Positions 1 to 10,979 of a stretch of DNA of 64,000 bases are shown piece after piece. Under the pieces are notes generated by a model. That model had not been told where the DNA came from and did not search any database. It saw nothing but the letters and a program-made list of their open reading frames with translations. This DNA comes from Pristiophorus japonicus (Eukaryota). The first letter of the stretch is position 1. Every line of letters starts with the position of its first letter. The stretch lies in assembly GCF_044704955.1 (NCBI RefSeq), contig NC_091999.1, positions 17,360,001 to 17,424,000 of the forward strand, given 5' to 3'. The translations under genes and the position numbers were made by a program.

Positions 1-2736
1 GATCTTCTCCCTCGTCCCCCACCGAATCCACATCCCCCTCCGGGAGGTCACTGCCAGCAGCCGGCCCGTCGACCGCACAAGGTACGGCAAATGACCCGGC
101 CGCTCCAACCGGCCCTGGCTCTGCCCCGATACCACCCCCAGGATCGTCGGCAGAGGAGTCCCCACTGGGCTCTTTTAAAATTGGTGCTGGGTCAGGAAGC
201 GACAGCGGAAGCGGTTCCTCTTCCGCCCCAGGAACCGGGGAACACGGAGAGACCTGGCCAAAGTAATTCTCCAGGTCCTCCAAGTACCGCTGCTCCAAAG
301 TAGTGGACGAGGGTTGGTGGTCTTCACACTCCCCGCCGCCACCCCCCTGCCAGCGTGTGGATGTTCTGTAAAATTATTAACATTTTCAGTTTCTGCCGAG
401 TCGAGCAAATCCCGGGGGCAGTTGGATAAAGGCTGGGTGGGCTCAGGTTCGGACTTTTCGGCCCCGCCCGCCTCAGTCCCCGGGACGCTCGAACCGGCGG
501 CTACGCATTCCTCCGCTGGCCCCACGCCCCCCACGACAGGCAGATCTTCCACGCCATCCCTGTGAGGCAGAGGCTGGGCAGCCTCGACTGCCTCACCCTC
601 CCCGGGGACAAATTCCTCCAGCCTACGGCGCAGTTTTGGGGGCGCCGGTGGGGGACGCGGGACACGCGGCGAGCACCAACTCCTCCGCAGAGGGATGTTG
701 TTCCCCCTCCGCCTCATTGGAGCGGCGCCTCCTTTTGTTCCTGAGGGGGCGCGGAGGCAGGGAGACCTCCATGTCTGCCGAGGCCTCCCGCTCCACTCCC
801 CCCTTTTTAAAATGTTGCCCGCGCCCGAGCCCCTCTGCGGTATTGTTCAAGAGCTCGGGCACGGGCTCAGGGCACCCCGCGCTCGCCGGTGACGGGGTTG
901 GGCTGAGCGCGGTAAACAAATTGTCTGGCGCACTGAGGGGACCCGCCTCGAGATGTTTCGCCGCCTTCCGCGCCTTCCTTCCGATCGGACGCTCTCCCTC
1001 CCCCCGCCGGATGCCGTGAAAACAAAGGCCCCCGACGATGCCCACGCACCTACGGCTCCCGGCACGCAGACGCAACAACAGGGAGGGGTGGTGGCAAAGC
1101 CAGCCTTGGCCGCCTTCGGTGGTTTGGCGGACTTGGAGGCGGGGCTGTTCTTACGAACATGCCCCACCTCCCTACAGGCATGGCACCGCACGCCGTCCGA
1201 CGTCCAGAAGATGTGGTAGGCAGTACCCTCGTGCACCACAATAAAATTGCCCTCTGTCATCTCCTCCCGCGCCAGCCGGATGAAAAGCTGGCGGCGGAAG
1301 GAGAACACATGGCGCAGGCTGTTCTCCCTGAGGCCGAGCGGTATGGGGTTGATCCCTGACCCTACCTCCCCCAATTGTTGTAGGTGAGGGAGGAGGAGTC
1401 CAGCGGGAACAAAGGGCGGAACGTTTGAAATGATGACCCTCTGCGTGGTGGCCTCGAGAGGGTTCACCGGCAGGAACGTCCCGCCCATAGTGAGCCACTT
1501 TTCGAGGGCCAGGGACACCGCCTGTTCCGACCCCAGGAAGAATACAGCCTTCCCAGACATCCTAGAGCCCGCGACAATGGCCGAGGGGCCGAATACCCCA
1601 GCCATCGCCCGCATGCACTCCTCGATGCTTATTGTGGGGTGAGTGTTGCTCTTGACCCCGTGTTTTTTTGTTATAAGTCTAAATGGTGGCAGGGCAGCAG
1701 GAAGCGCAGGAGGCGCCGTGAATGTGGATGCCGCCTGCGCGTACGTTTTAGCTGGCCCTGCCACCGGCGTGGATGGGGTCACCTTCACGGGGTCACTTTA
1801 AGGGCTACACCCACCCAAAGTCAGAGGCCTTAATCGTCTTTAATTGGCCTCGTTGGTGTTTTGAGCAGAGGGATCTCTTAATGGGGCACACCTCTCCCTT
1901 AGTTAACGAATGGGGAGGGGCCTTGCTCCCTCTGCTCAGTAGTCTTAATTAACTTTAATTTAAGGAGGAAAGGGGCTCTCAGAGATAGAGGGGAGAGACA
2001 GATGGAGTGACAGAGAGTGGGAAAGGGGGGTGGGAAAGAGGGAAGCTGCGAGGGCAGGTCTCCCCTCACAGCGATGGGTGCGCGTTTTTCTGGGGTGCAC
2101 TCCCCAGATGATGGAAAAAAAACAAGATACAGTCCTTGTAGAAGGTCTTCGGGTTGGGGGAGAAGATGTCTTCAACTGGGGCAGCTGGAGCCACCAAGGC
2201 ACACACTCCCAACGATGTTAAATAGGGTGATTAGTAATACTTCAGCCAGGTAGCTTCAGCTATCCCAGGCTAGGCAATGGGGGAGGGGTGCTTCAGTGGT
2301 GTGTGGGGCCTACCTGTAAGCAAGACCCCCACACACACACACACCCCGCGATGTTCCGGCCCTCGAGATGGTCTTCTCTCCTCCCCCCACCGATACAACA
2401 AAGTATTTCAGGGAAGGCACCAAAACAAACCCACTTGTCGAAGATTGTAGAAATGGCTCTTAGTCCTTCCACACTGGCTGGTGATTTCTCAGGATGTTCT
2501 TTTCCCCCTCTCTCCAACTCTCTGTAGTAGTAATAAGTGATACATTTTCTGCTCTCCTCCTCTCCCTCTGGACGTTGAATTGTAGTAAGCCAGCCCCCTC
2601 CTGCTCTTCCTGGGCTGGTCTCAGGGTTCACTCTAGGCCTTACAGGCAGGAGCAAAGCAGCAAGCTCCTTCCTTCACCACAGCACAGCTCCAACTGAATA
2701 GGCCACGCCTCCAAAGCTCCACCATTGGTCCACAGA
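1..2736 (-). mobile_element. Tx1-like (L1 clade) non-LTR retrotransposon, copy 1: 5' UTR plus disrupted ORF1, runs off window start
   Basis: ORF 847-1788 has the Tx1 ORF1 RRM-like segment (RVIISNVPPFV...RHVFSFRRQLF) and a zinc knuckle CHACREVGHVRKNS (last C mutated). It is followed by frameshifted Pro/Glu-rich ORF1 pieces and is colinear with copies 2 and 3. Confidence 0.92.
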
Positions 2737-2934
2737 ACTCTTTTGGGAGGAAACAAAAACATTAAATCGTGGCCCCCCGATCTGGGGGCCGCACCAAACA
2801 TTTACAAGGCTCTTTTTTTTGTTTTTTATTGTATTTTCTTTTGTGCACTAAAATCAGATATGTTCTCCAAGTGGAGGGGAGGGGGACTCTAAAAACATCG
2901 GCAATTAAAAGAAATTAAACTTTAAAACATAAAA

Positions 2935-3774
2935 TCAAATTAAAATTTGGTTGCCGGGCGTGACGATGCACTCCAGTCCCTCCGGTGCCCACCTCTCGCG
3001 GAAGGCCGCGAGCGTACCGGTGGACACCACGTGCTCCATCTCCAAGGATACCCTGGGGCGGATGTACGCACGGAAGAGAGGCAGACAGTCAGGTTGAACT
3101 ACCCCCTCGACCGCCCACTGCCTGGACCGGCTGATGGCACCTTTGGCCGTGCCCAGGAACAGTCCTACGAGGAGGCCCTCGGACCTACCCGCTCCCCTCC
3201 GCACAGGGTGCCCAAAGATCAGGAGTGTGGGACTGAAGTGCAGACAGAATTTCAGGAGCAGCCCCTTTAAATAATAAAACACGGGCTGCAACCTTGTGCT
3301 TTCGATAAAAACATGGAACACGGACTCTTCCAGACCGCAGAAATTGCAGGCAGCCTGCGAGTCCATGAACCGGCTTAAAAATTTATTGCACAGCAGTGAT
3401 CTGTGCACCAACCCTCCAGGCCAAGTCCCCAATAAATACTGGGAGGACTCCCGCGTAGAGTGCCCTCCATCGGGGACCCCCACCTCCTCCGGAAGGCAAG
3501 ATGGTACGCTATGGCGTGTCCGGACAGCAGGCGAGGATAGCAAAATTGAGGGTGCGCAGGAGCAGCCTGTACAGAAAAACCCTCTGCGCGGAACTGAAAG
3601 GCACAGAGGGGATTTCCACGAGGCGGCTCAAGTTGTGATGCGCTGGCTCCCGAGGGAGGTTCCGGGGTTTGGCGCCAATGAGGAATTCTGTCCGGACGGG
3701 GGTCAGTTCGGACGGGATCAACCACGTGCTTGAGCCTCCTCGATGCACCTAACGGAGTCGGGGCCCAGAGCTCT
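2935..3774 (-). pseudogene. Frameshifted C-terminus of Tx1 ORF2 with zf-RVT-like motif
   Basis: ACNFCGLEESVFHVFIES (CxxC..ES..H) motif; stop at 2935. Confidence 0.8.
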
Positions 3775-6700
3775 TTATAGCGACTCGATGGAATCGGCCA
3801 CGTGGCGGACGTTGGCAGAATTTAGGTGCCGCGCCAGCGTGTCTGGCTCCATGCAGCCCGCTCCTCCGCCATCGAGCAGGTCCCTGACCCTGCTCACCTC
3901 ACCAGCCACAGCCCTAACGTCCGACCGCCACAAAAAACTTCGGTTGTGGAGGTAAGGATTCCCGAGCAGCGGCTCCTGCAGGACGGCCGCCACTCCAGCT
4001 GGTGGAGAGCTGCGCTTGGTGGAGACTTTGTTCCAGACCCTGATGAGCTCCTTGTAAAAGAGAGGCAGCTCCCGGATAGCGGTCCTGACGCCCCCCACAC
4101 TCACAAACAGGAGCTGCATGTCGTAATTGAGGTCGCGCTGCTGGCGGAAGAAATACATCGCCAGAGCACGCCACCTTGGAGGGGGCTCGACATAAAGGTA
4201 TCTCTGCAGTGTCTGAAGATAGAAAGTCGCAAGCTGGGTGCTGACGCACACCAACGACTGACCGCCCTCCCCAAGCGGGAGTCTCAAGACCGCAGCAGAG
4301 ACCCAGTGCTTCCTGTTGTTCCAGAAGAAGTCCACCAGCTTCTGCTGTACCTTGGCGACAAACGCAGGGGGAGGTGTCAAAGTGACCAGCCGGTACCACA
4401 ACATGGCGGCCACCAGCTGGTTTATGACTAGCGCTCGACCCCTGTAGGACAGCACTCGGAGCAGTCCTGTCCAGCGCCCTAGGAGAGCGGCGACCTTGGC
4501 CTCCAGCTCTTGCCAGTTCGCCGGCCAGGCTTCCTCGTCGGGGCTAAGGTAGACTCCCAGATAGAGGAGATGGGTCAAGGGAAAAGGCCTGAGCTCCTCC
4601 GGCAGGGAGTCCACCTGCCAGTGACCCACCAGGAGTCCAGAACATTTCTCCCAGTTGATTCTGGCGGAGGATGCGGCCGAGTAAATCTCCTGGCACTCAC
4701 GCATCCTCCGCAGGTCAGCGGGATCCTCCACCGCGAGGAGTACGTCATCGGCATAAGCCGAGAGGACGACCTCCACGCCCGGCCCTTGCAGAGCCAGTCC
4801 CGTCAACCTCGTCCGCAAGATGCGCAGGAAAGGCTCCACGCAAACAGTGTATAACTGGCCGGATATGGGGCATTCCTGACACACCCCTCTCCCAAAGCGA
4901 AGGGGCGCCATCAAGGACCTGTTAACGTTAATCAGACACTCCACGGCGGTGTACAAAAGTCGGATCCGGGCGACGAAATGCGTCCCGAACCCAAAAGCGC
5001 GCAGAGTTCCGAGCAGATAGTCGTGATCCACCCTGTCGAGCGCCTTCTCTTGGTCGAGGGATCGGAAGGCGACCGACAGACCAGCCTCCTGGGAATAATG
5101 GATGAGGTCGCGGACCAGATGGATGTTATCGTGGATAGTCCGGCCCGGGACCGTGTAGGACTGGTCGGGGTGGATCATGTGGTCCAGCACTGCACCAAGG
5201 CAAGCAGACATCGCCCTGGCGAAGATTTTGTAGTCCGTGCTGAGGAGGGAGACCGGGCGCCAGTTCTTAAGGAGGCGGAGATCGCCCTTCTTAGGCAGCA
5301 GGACGATGACTGCCCTGCGCCAAGAGAGGGGCATCTCCCCGGTCACCAGACTTTCCCACAGGACCCTCGAGTAGTCGCCCCCCAGGACGTCCCAGAACGC
5401 CCTGTGGAACTCCATGGTCAGCCCGTCCAACCCCGGGGCTGTTCCCCTCGAGAGCCGGTCGAGGGCGCCGGTCAGCTCTGCCAGGCTTAGCGGAGCTTCC
5501 AGATTTTCGGCGCTCTCCGGGCTGACCTTCGGCAGGTCCTCCCACAAAACTCTACGCGCTGCCTCGCTGGATCGCTCTGGAGAGAACAGAGCCCCGTAAT
5601 ATTCACGGGCCGTGTTGGTGACGCCCTCCGGATCTGAGACGAGAGAGCCGTCGTTGGCCAGCAGCGTCAAGAGCTGCTTACGGACACTCTGTCTTTTTTC
5701 CAGCGAGTAGAAGAAGGGGGAGCCGCGATCCAGATCCTGCAGGAACCGGATCCGCGACCTCACTAACGCGCGTCGCGACCCGACTAGCTGCAGGTCCTTC
5801 AGTGCGGCCTTCTTCACTTCGTACACCGTACGCAGGGCTGGGTCCCCGATGACTTCACCGAGACGGGACTCCAGGTCGAGCACCTCATTTTCTAGGCGTC
5901 CGAACTTGGCCGCCCGCCTCTTGGTCGACCCCCTCGCGTACTCTTGACAGAAGACGCGGACGTGAGCCTTGCCCACGTCCCACCATAGCCTCAAGGAGGG
6001 GAAGCTCCCCTGCTTCCTTCTCCAGTCGGCCCAGAATCGACGGAACGAGTCCTGGAACCGCTCGTCCTCCAGCAGCCGGTTGTTAAAGTGCCAGTACGCG
6101 GACCCCGTCCTCGTGCGGAGCGAAGCGAGCTCCGCCCACACCAGGTGGTGGTCCGAACACGGCACCGGCCGCATGGAGGCCGCCGGGACGCAGGAAACGT
6201 ACGCCCGAGACACGTAAAGGCGGTCGACTCTGGACCATCCTACTCCAGGCCTCACCCAAGTTAAGGCGCTGGAGTCGGGACGGAGATTTCGCCAGACGTC
6301 CATCAAGTCGAAGGACCCGACCAGGTCCCTCAACTTCTCCATCGCCGTCATGCTCTGCGGGGCACCGGAGCGGTCCCTCGCCAGGAGGGTGCAGTTAAAA
6401 TCCCCCCCGAGGACAATGCAGTCGCCGACCTCGACGGAGCCAAGAAGAGCGGACACCTCTTCAAAGAAGCGCGTTTGCTGCGGGCCGGGATGAGGGGCGT
6501 ACACTTTCACGAGATGGAGCGGCACGTCCCCCAGGCGAACCGTTACGTGCAGCAAGCGGCCTGGCACGGGCTCCTCGACCCCCAAGATCTCCGGCTGAAA
6601 ATGCGGTGCCAGCAAGATGGCCACCGCACTAGAAGTGGCGGTGAGGTGGCTCATGCTGACCTTTCCTTGCCATTCCAGGAGCCACATGGTTTCGTCTCCT

Positions 6701-6828
6701 GGAACGGTGTGGGTTTCTTGCAGGAAGCACGCCACATATTTCCCCTCCCGCAGGAGCGAAAAATTGTTAAATCTACGGCGTGCCTCTCTGCCGCCGTTGA
6801 TGTTGAGGCTGGCTATGGTTATCTTCAT
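3775..6828 (-). CDS. Tx1 ORF2: AP-endonuclease plus reverse transcriptase (open ~1017 aa from the ATG at 6828; C-terminus frameshifted)
   Basis: APE motifs ASLNING, LQETH, GGDFN, SRVDR and SDH. RT motifs APGLDG, NWRPVSLLSTDYK, DQEKALD, YADD and YLGV. Confidence 0.93.
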   Translation of the reverse strand: MKITIASLNINGGREARRRFNNFSLLREGKYVACFLQETHTVPGDETMWLLEWQGKVSMSHLTATSSAVAILLAPHFQPEILGVEEPVPGRLLHVTVRLGDVPLHLVKVYAPHPGPQQTRFFEEVSALLGSVEVGDCIVLGGDFNCTLLARDRSGAPQSMTAMEKLRDLVGSFDLMDVWRNLRPDSSALTWVRPGVGWSRVDRLYVSRAYVSCVPAASMRPVPCSDHHLVWAELASLRTRTGSAYWHFNNRLLEDERFQDSFRRFWADWRRKQGSFPSLRLWWDVGKAHVRVFCQEYARGSTKRRAAKFGRLENEVLDLESRLGEVIGDPALRTVYEVKKAALKDLQLVGSRRALVRSRIRFLQDLDRGSPFFYSLEKRQSVRKQLLTLLANDGSLVSDPEGVTNTAREYYGALFSPERSSEAARRVLWEDLPKVSPESAENLEAPLSLAELTGALDRLSRGTAPGLDGLTMEFHRAFWDVLGGDYSRVLWESLVTGEMPLSWRRAVIVLLPKKGDLRLLKNWRPVSLLSTDYKIFARAMSACLGAVLDHMIHPDQSYTVPGRTIHDNIHLVRDLIHYSQEAGLSVAFRSLDQEKALDRVDHDYLLGTLRAFGFGTHFVARIRLLYTAVECLINVNRSLMAPLRFGRGVCQECPISGQLYTVCVEPFLRILRTRLTGLALQGPGVEVVLSAYADDVLLAVEDPADLRRMRECQEIYSAASSARINWEKCSGLLVGHWQVDSLPEELRPFPLTHLLYLGVYLSPDEEAWPANWQELEAKVAALLGRWTGLLRVLSYRGRALVINQLVAAMLWYRLVTLTPPPAFVAKVQQKLVDFFWNNRKHWVSAAVLRLPLGEGGQSLVCVSTQLATFYLQTLQRYLYVEPPPRWRALAMYFFRQQRDLNYDMQLLFVSVGGVRTAIRELPLFYKELIRVWNKVSTKRSSPPAGVAAVLQEPLLGNPYLHNRSFLWRSDVRAVAGEVSRVRDLLDGGGAGCMEPDTLARHLNSANVRHVADSIESL

Positions 6829-8409
6829 GACAAAAGCATAGTGCAACCTCTACCTAACCTATTGTGGGAGGGGGGGGGGAAGTGGAGTCGTTTGTTGACC
6901 TCCACTCCCTCAGCAGCCCAGCGAGGAACTTTTTGAGCCGGTGCAGCTCAAGGCCTTGCGCCTTTGATAAGGGCCCGCCCGCGGCCATGGATTTAGTGGC
7001 GGCGCGGACGGAAGCGATGAGCAACACCGGCTCAGACCATCTTTCCCGGGCTAGATGGGTTCGGTTGCAGCGACCCTGGCTCTCGACCAAAATGTTCCCG
7101 GAGTTCCTCTACGGGAATGACGGGGGAATCAGCGGCGGGCACGAGGAGATCCACCGCCTCACTGGCGATGGACTCGAGATCTTCACCCGCGTCCTCCACC
7201 GAGTCCCCGTCCTCCTCCGGGAGGTTGCAGTCAGCAGCCGGCCCGTCGACCGCACGAGGTATGGCAAACGGCCCGGCCGCTCCATATGGCACTGGCTCTG
7301 CCCCAATCCCACCCCCAGGATCATCGGCAGAGGAGTCCCCACTGGGCTCTTTTAAAATTGGTGCTGGGTCGGGAAGCGACAGCGGAAGGGGTTCCTCCTC
7401 CGCCCCAGGAACCGGGGAACACGGAGAGACCTGGCCAAAGTAATGTTCCAGTTCCACCAAGTATCCCAGCTCCAAAGTAGGGGGCGAGGGTTGTTGTTCT
7501 TCCCCCTCCACGCCGCCACCCCCCGGCCCAGCGTGTACAGAATCTTTAAAATTATTCATAATTTCGGTTTCTGCCAGGTCGAGCGACTCTCGGGGAAAGT
7601 TGGTTAATAGCTGGGCGGGCTCAGGTTCGGCCTTTTCGGCCCCGCCCACATCAGTCCCCGGGACGCTCGGCCCGGCGGCAATGCATTCCTCCGCTGTCCC
7701 CACGCCCGCCACCACAGGCAGATCTTCCACGCCATCCCCGGGAGGCAGAGGCTGGGCAGCCTCGACTGCCCCTCCCTCCCCGGGGACAGATTCCTCCCGT
7801 CTACGGCGCAGTTTGGGGGCGCTGGTGGGGGACGCGTGATACGCGGCGGGCACCGACTCCTCCACGGAGGGATGTTGTTCCCCCTCCGCCTCATGGTAGC
7901 GGCGCCTCCTTTTTTTCCTGGGTGAGTGCGGAGGCAGGGAGACCTCAATGTCTGCCAAGGCCTCCCGCTCCACCCCCTCCTTTTTTCCTGCCCGCGCGCG
8001 AGCCTCTCTGTGCTACTGGTCAAGGGCTCGGGCACGGGCTCAGGGCACCCGCGCTCGCCGGTGACGGGGTTGGGCCGAGCGCGGTAAACAGATTGTCTGG
8101 CGCACCGAGGGGACCCGCCTCTAGATGTCTCGTCTTCTTCCGCGCCTTCCTTCCGGTCAGACGCACTTCCTCCCCCCCGCCGGAGGCCGTGAAAACAATG
8201 GCCTCCGACGATTCCCGCGCACCTACGGCTCCCGGCACGTGGACGCTACTCGGGGGAGGAGTGGCGGCGGCACCAGCCTTTGCCGCCTTCGGTGGTTTGG
8301 CGGCTTTGGAGGCGGGGCAGTTCTTGCGAACGTGCCCCACCTCACTACAGGCATGGCACCGCACGCCTTCCGACGCCTTCCCTTCAGGGGAGGGAACCTG
8401 TGAGTGTGA

Positions 8410-8765
8410 GTATATTCAGAGCAGAGATCGAAAGCTGCTGGACACTAAAGGAATCGAGGGATATGGGGATAGTGCGGGAAAGTGGAGCTGAAGTACAAGA
8501 TCATCCTGGATCTTATTGAATGGTGCAGCAGGCTCGAGGGGCCATATGGCCTGCTCCTGCTCCTGTTTCTTATGTTCTTAAAGGTTGTGGAAATCTGGAA
8601 CTCTGTTCCCCATAAAACTCAGGCTGGGGCCCAATTGAAAATTCCAAAACTGTGCTTGGTAGATTCTTCTTGTGCAAGGATATTAAGAGTGATGCAACCA
8701 AGGCAGGTAGACGGAGTTAAGATACTGATCAGTCACGATCTAATTGAATGGTGGAACTATGACTG
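8410..8765 (+). mobile_element. CR1 LINE 3'-end fragments
   Basis: Tail motif ggctcgaggggccatatggcctgctcctgctcctgtttcttatgttctta, plus a second degenerate ORF2 end (gttgtggaaatctggaactct). Confidence 0.75.
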
Positions 8766-8784
8766 AGTCACACTGGGTGGTGCC

Positions 8785-9855
8785 TGTGAGAGATTCGGTA
8801 AACCCTCACCAACAGTTCTTGACTTCAGGATTTATAAGAACAAAATACACTCGGCACAGGGTTTTGGCTCAACCTTAAACTTGTATGTTTATTGAACTTG
8901 CGTTATTCCCCAGTACACAACCTCCCTGAGATTCCGACTGGAATAACACCGAACCCATAATACAAACCCCCTACACAAGGTTACCTGAAACCTAACAGGA
9001 AATATCACAGTTTAACACCCTTCCGCGATTCGACTGCGATTATAAAACGACTGGGACAAATTCCCCGACGGTTTGACTGAAACTTATAATCACCCACACA
9101 GCTGGTGGTTGTGGTGTGGATTGTAGGCCGGGACCATTTGACCACCCTGCATGCTCCTTCACTGCACTGTCCTCGCTCCGAAGTGGTCCTCTTTTTATGG
9201 GGCTTCATAATCACAGCATCAAACATATTTCCTGCTGTTCCCCTGTCGACTCTTCCGATGGTTAATAACCTCTTGATCATCAGTGTATTCCACTCCCTGG
9301 CCCAGACAGGGGCACGATCAGCGCTTCTGCTGTGTAGTACAATGCAAACCTTACTTGGGAACAGGTCTGGCTCCACAGTTGAGGAATGTATGAATGTCCC
9401 TCTTCCTTCTTGACAGGGACCAGGGACCATTGAAGGTGTGCATGGCCGGCGTCTGGTGCTATTGCCTGTGTTGATTAGATCGATGGCAGGTGTCCTGTAT
9501 CATTGTCTCTGAGGATGTCCTTCCAGTCTCTCAATGAATCATCATTTCGCTGCAATGTTTGAATGAACCCCTTACTGTATAGCCCACCCTTTGGGTGTTT
9601 GTACTGAGGTTTGTTTTTTATTAACCCGTCCCACCGCCCGTGGGTTTTATATTCCATTCGACAATCCATTTTACAGTTGGGGTGAGGGGGGGTGGGGAAC
9701 AGATCCGACAAGCCTTTATCCACTGAGCCATTGGGAGGAGGGTCCGGTGGCCCTACTGGAAAATGCACGTGTGAGGCCTCAGGTGAGGACAGTGGAATAG
9801 CCAGTCGACACTCACTGTCGAGGTTCACACATGGAGTTTGGGCACATGGGTCACA
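8785..9855 (-). mobile_element. Putative LTR-element remnant
   Basis: TGTGA...TCACA termini, minus-strand AATAAA at ~8888 and a PPT-like ggaagggg near 9020. No TSD and no recognisable protein motif. Confidence 0.3.
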
Positions 9856-9871
9856 TATTAGAGAGAAACTG

Positions 9872-10075
9872 GTGAGTGTAGAACTGAACCCAGCCAGAGT
9901 CAGCACCTTCAGGGGAGGGGAACCAGTGAGTGTAGAACTGAACCCAGCCAGAGTCAGTACCTTCAAGGGAGGAGAGGGAAGGGAACCAGTGAGTGTAGAA
10001 CTGAACCCAGCCAGAGTCAGCACCTTCAGGGGAGGAGAAGGAGGGGAACCAGTGAGTGTGGAGCTAAACCCAGCA
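9872..10075. repeat. Minisatellite, ~3.4 copies of a 54-63 bp unit
   Basis: Unit gtgagtgtagaactgaacccagccagagtcagcaccttcagggga(ggaga)ggggaacca. A partial unit also occurs at 8381-8408. Confidence 0.9.
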
Positions 10076-10225
10076 TAGGATATTAAAGGAATAAAGGGAT
10101 ATGGGGATAGTGCTGGAAAGTGGAGTTGTGGTAGAAAATCAGCCGTGATCTTATTGAATGGCGGAGCAGGCTCGAGGGGCCGTATGACCTACTCCTGCTC
10201 CTACTTGTTATGTATGTTCTTGTGT
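10076..10225 (+). mobile_element. CR1 3' tail fragment
   Basis: gatatggggatagtgctggaaagtggag...ggctcgaggggccgtatgacctactcctgctcct. Confidence 0.75.
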
Positions 10226-10229
10226 TCAT

Positions 10230-10968
10230 TCACGACTGGATGTGGCAGGACTGCAGAGCTTTGATCTGATTCATTGATTGTGGGATTGCTTAGCCCTGTT
10301 TATACCATGCTGCTCTCGCTGCTTAGTATACATGTCGTCCTATGTTGCAGCTTCCCCAGGCTGGTACCTCATTTCTCAGTACGCCTGGTGCTGCTCCTGG
10401 CATGCTCTTCTGCACTCCTAATTGAACCAGACTTGATGGTAATGTTAGAGTGAGGGATATGCCGGACCATGAGGTTACAGATTGTGGTGGAATACAATGC
10501 TGCTGCTGCTGATGGCCCACAGCACCCTGAGGGTGCCCCGTTTTCAGCTGCCAGATCTGTTCTGCATCTATCCCGTTTAGCACGGTGATGGTGCCACACA
10601 ACACATTTGAGAGTGTATTCGGTGTGACTTTGTCTCCACAATGACTGTGTGCGGTGGTCACTGCTACCAATGCTGTCATAGACAGAGGCAGCTCCATGTG
10701 GGACAGGATGGATGTACCTGATGGTATTTACCTGTCCGTCATTGTTCGTATCTGCGACAGGTAGATTGGTGAGGATCAGGTCAAGTAGGTTTTTTCCTCT
10801 TGTTGGTTCTCTCACCATCTGCTGCAGGCCCAGTCTGCCAGATATGTCCTTCAGGACTCTGCCAGCTCAGTCAGTAGTGGTACTACCGAGTCACTCTTGG
10901 TGATGGACATTGAAGTTCCCCACCCAGAGTACATTCTGTGCCCTTGCTCCCCTCAGTGCTTCTTCCAA
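10230..10968 (-). mobile_element. Degenerate LINE endonuclease fragment (CR1/L2 group)
   Basis: VREPTRGKNLLDLILTN and DSIGSSDH endonuclease motifs; a GNFNVHH-type motif near 10910. Confidence 0.75.
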
Positions 10969-10979
10969 GCTTAAACCAG

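Larger units (their letters stand above)
2737..8376 (-). mobile_element. Tx1-like retrotransposon, copy 2: 5'-truncated ORF1, ORF2 and 3' UTR
   Basis: ORF1 from the zinc knuckle (CHACSEVGHVRKNC) to the stop at 6854, then ORF2 with APE and RT domains, then an AT-rich 3' UTR at 2737-2934 abutting copy 1. Confidence 0.95.

Noticed and set aside
91-8519. Many overlapping plus-strand ORFs of 60-200 aa
   Set aside because: They are antisense or alternative frames of GC-rich Tx1 sequence with few stops and no domain motifs.
9872-10075. CRISPR-like regular repeat
   Set aside because: There are no unique spacers and no cas genes, and the context is vertebrate; it is a minisatellite.
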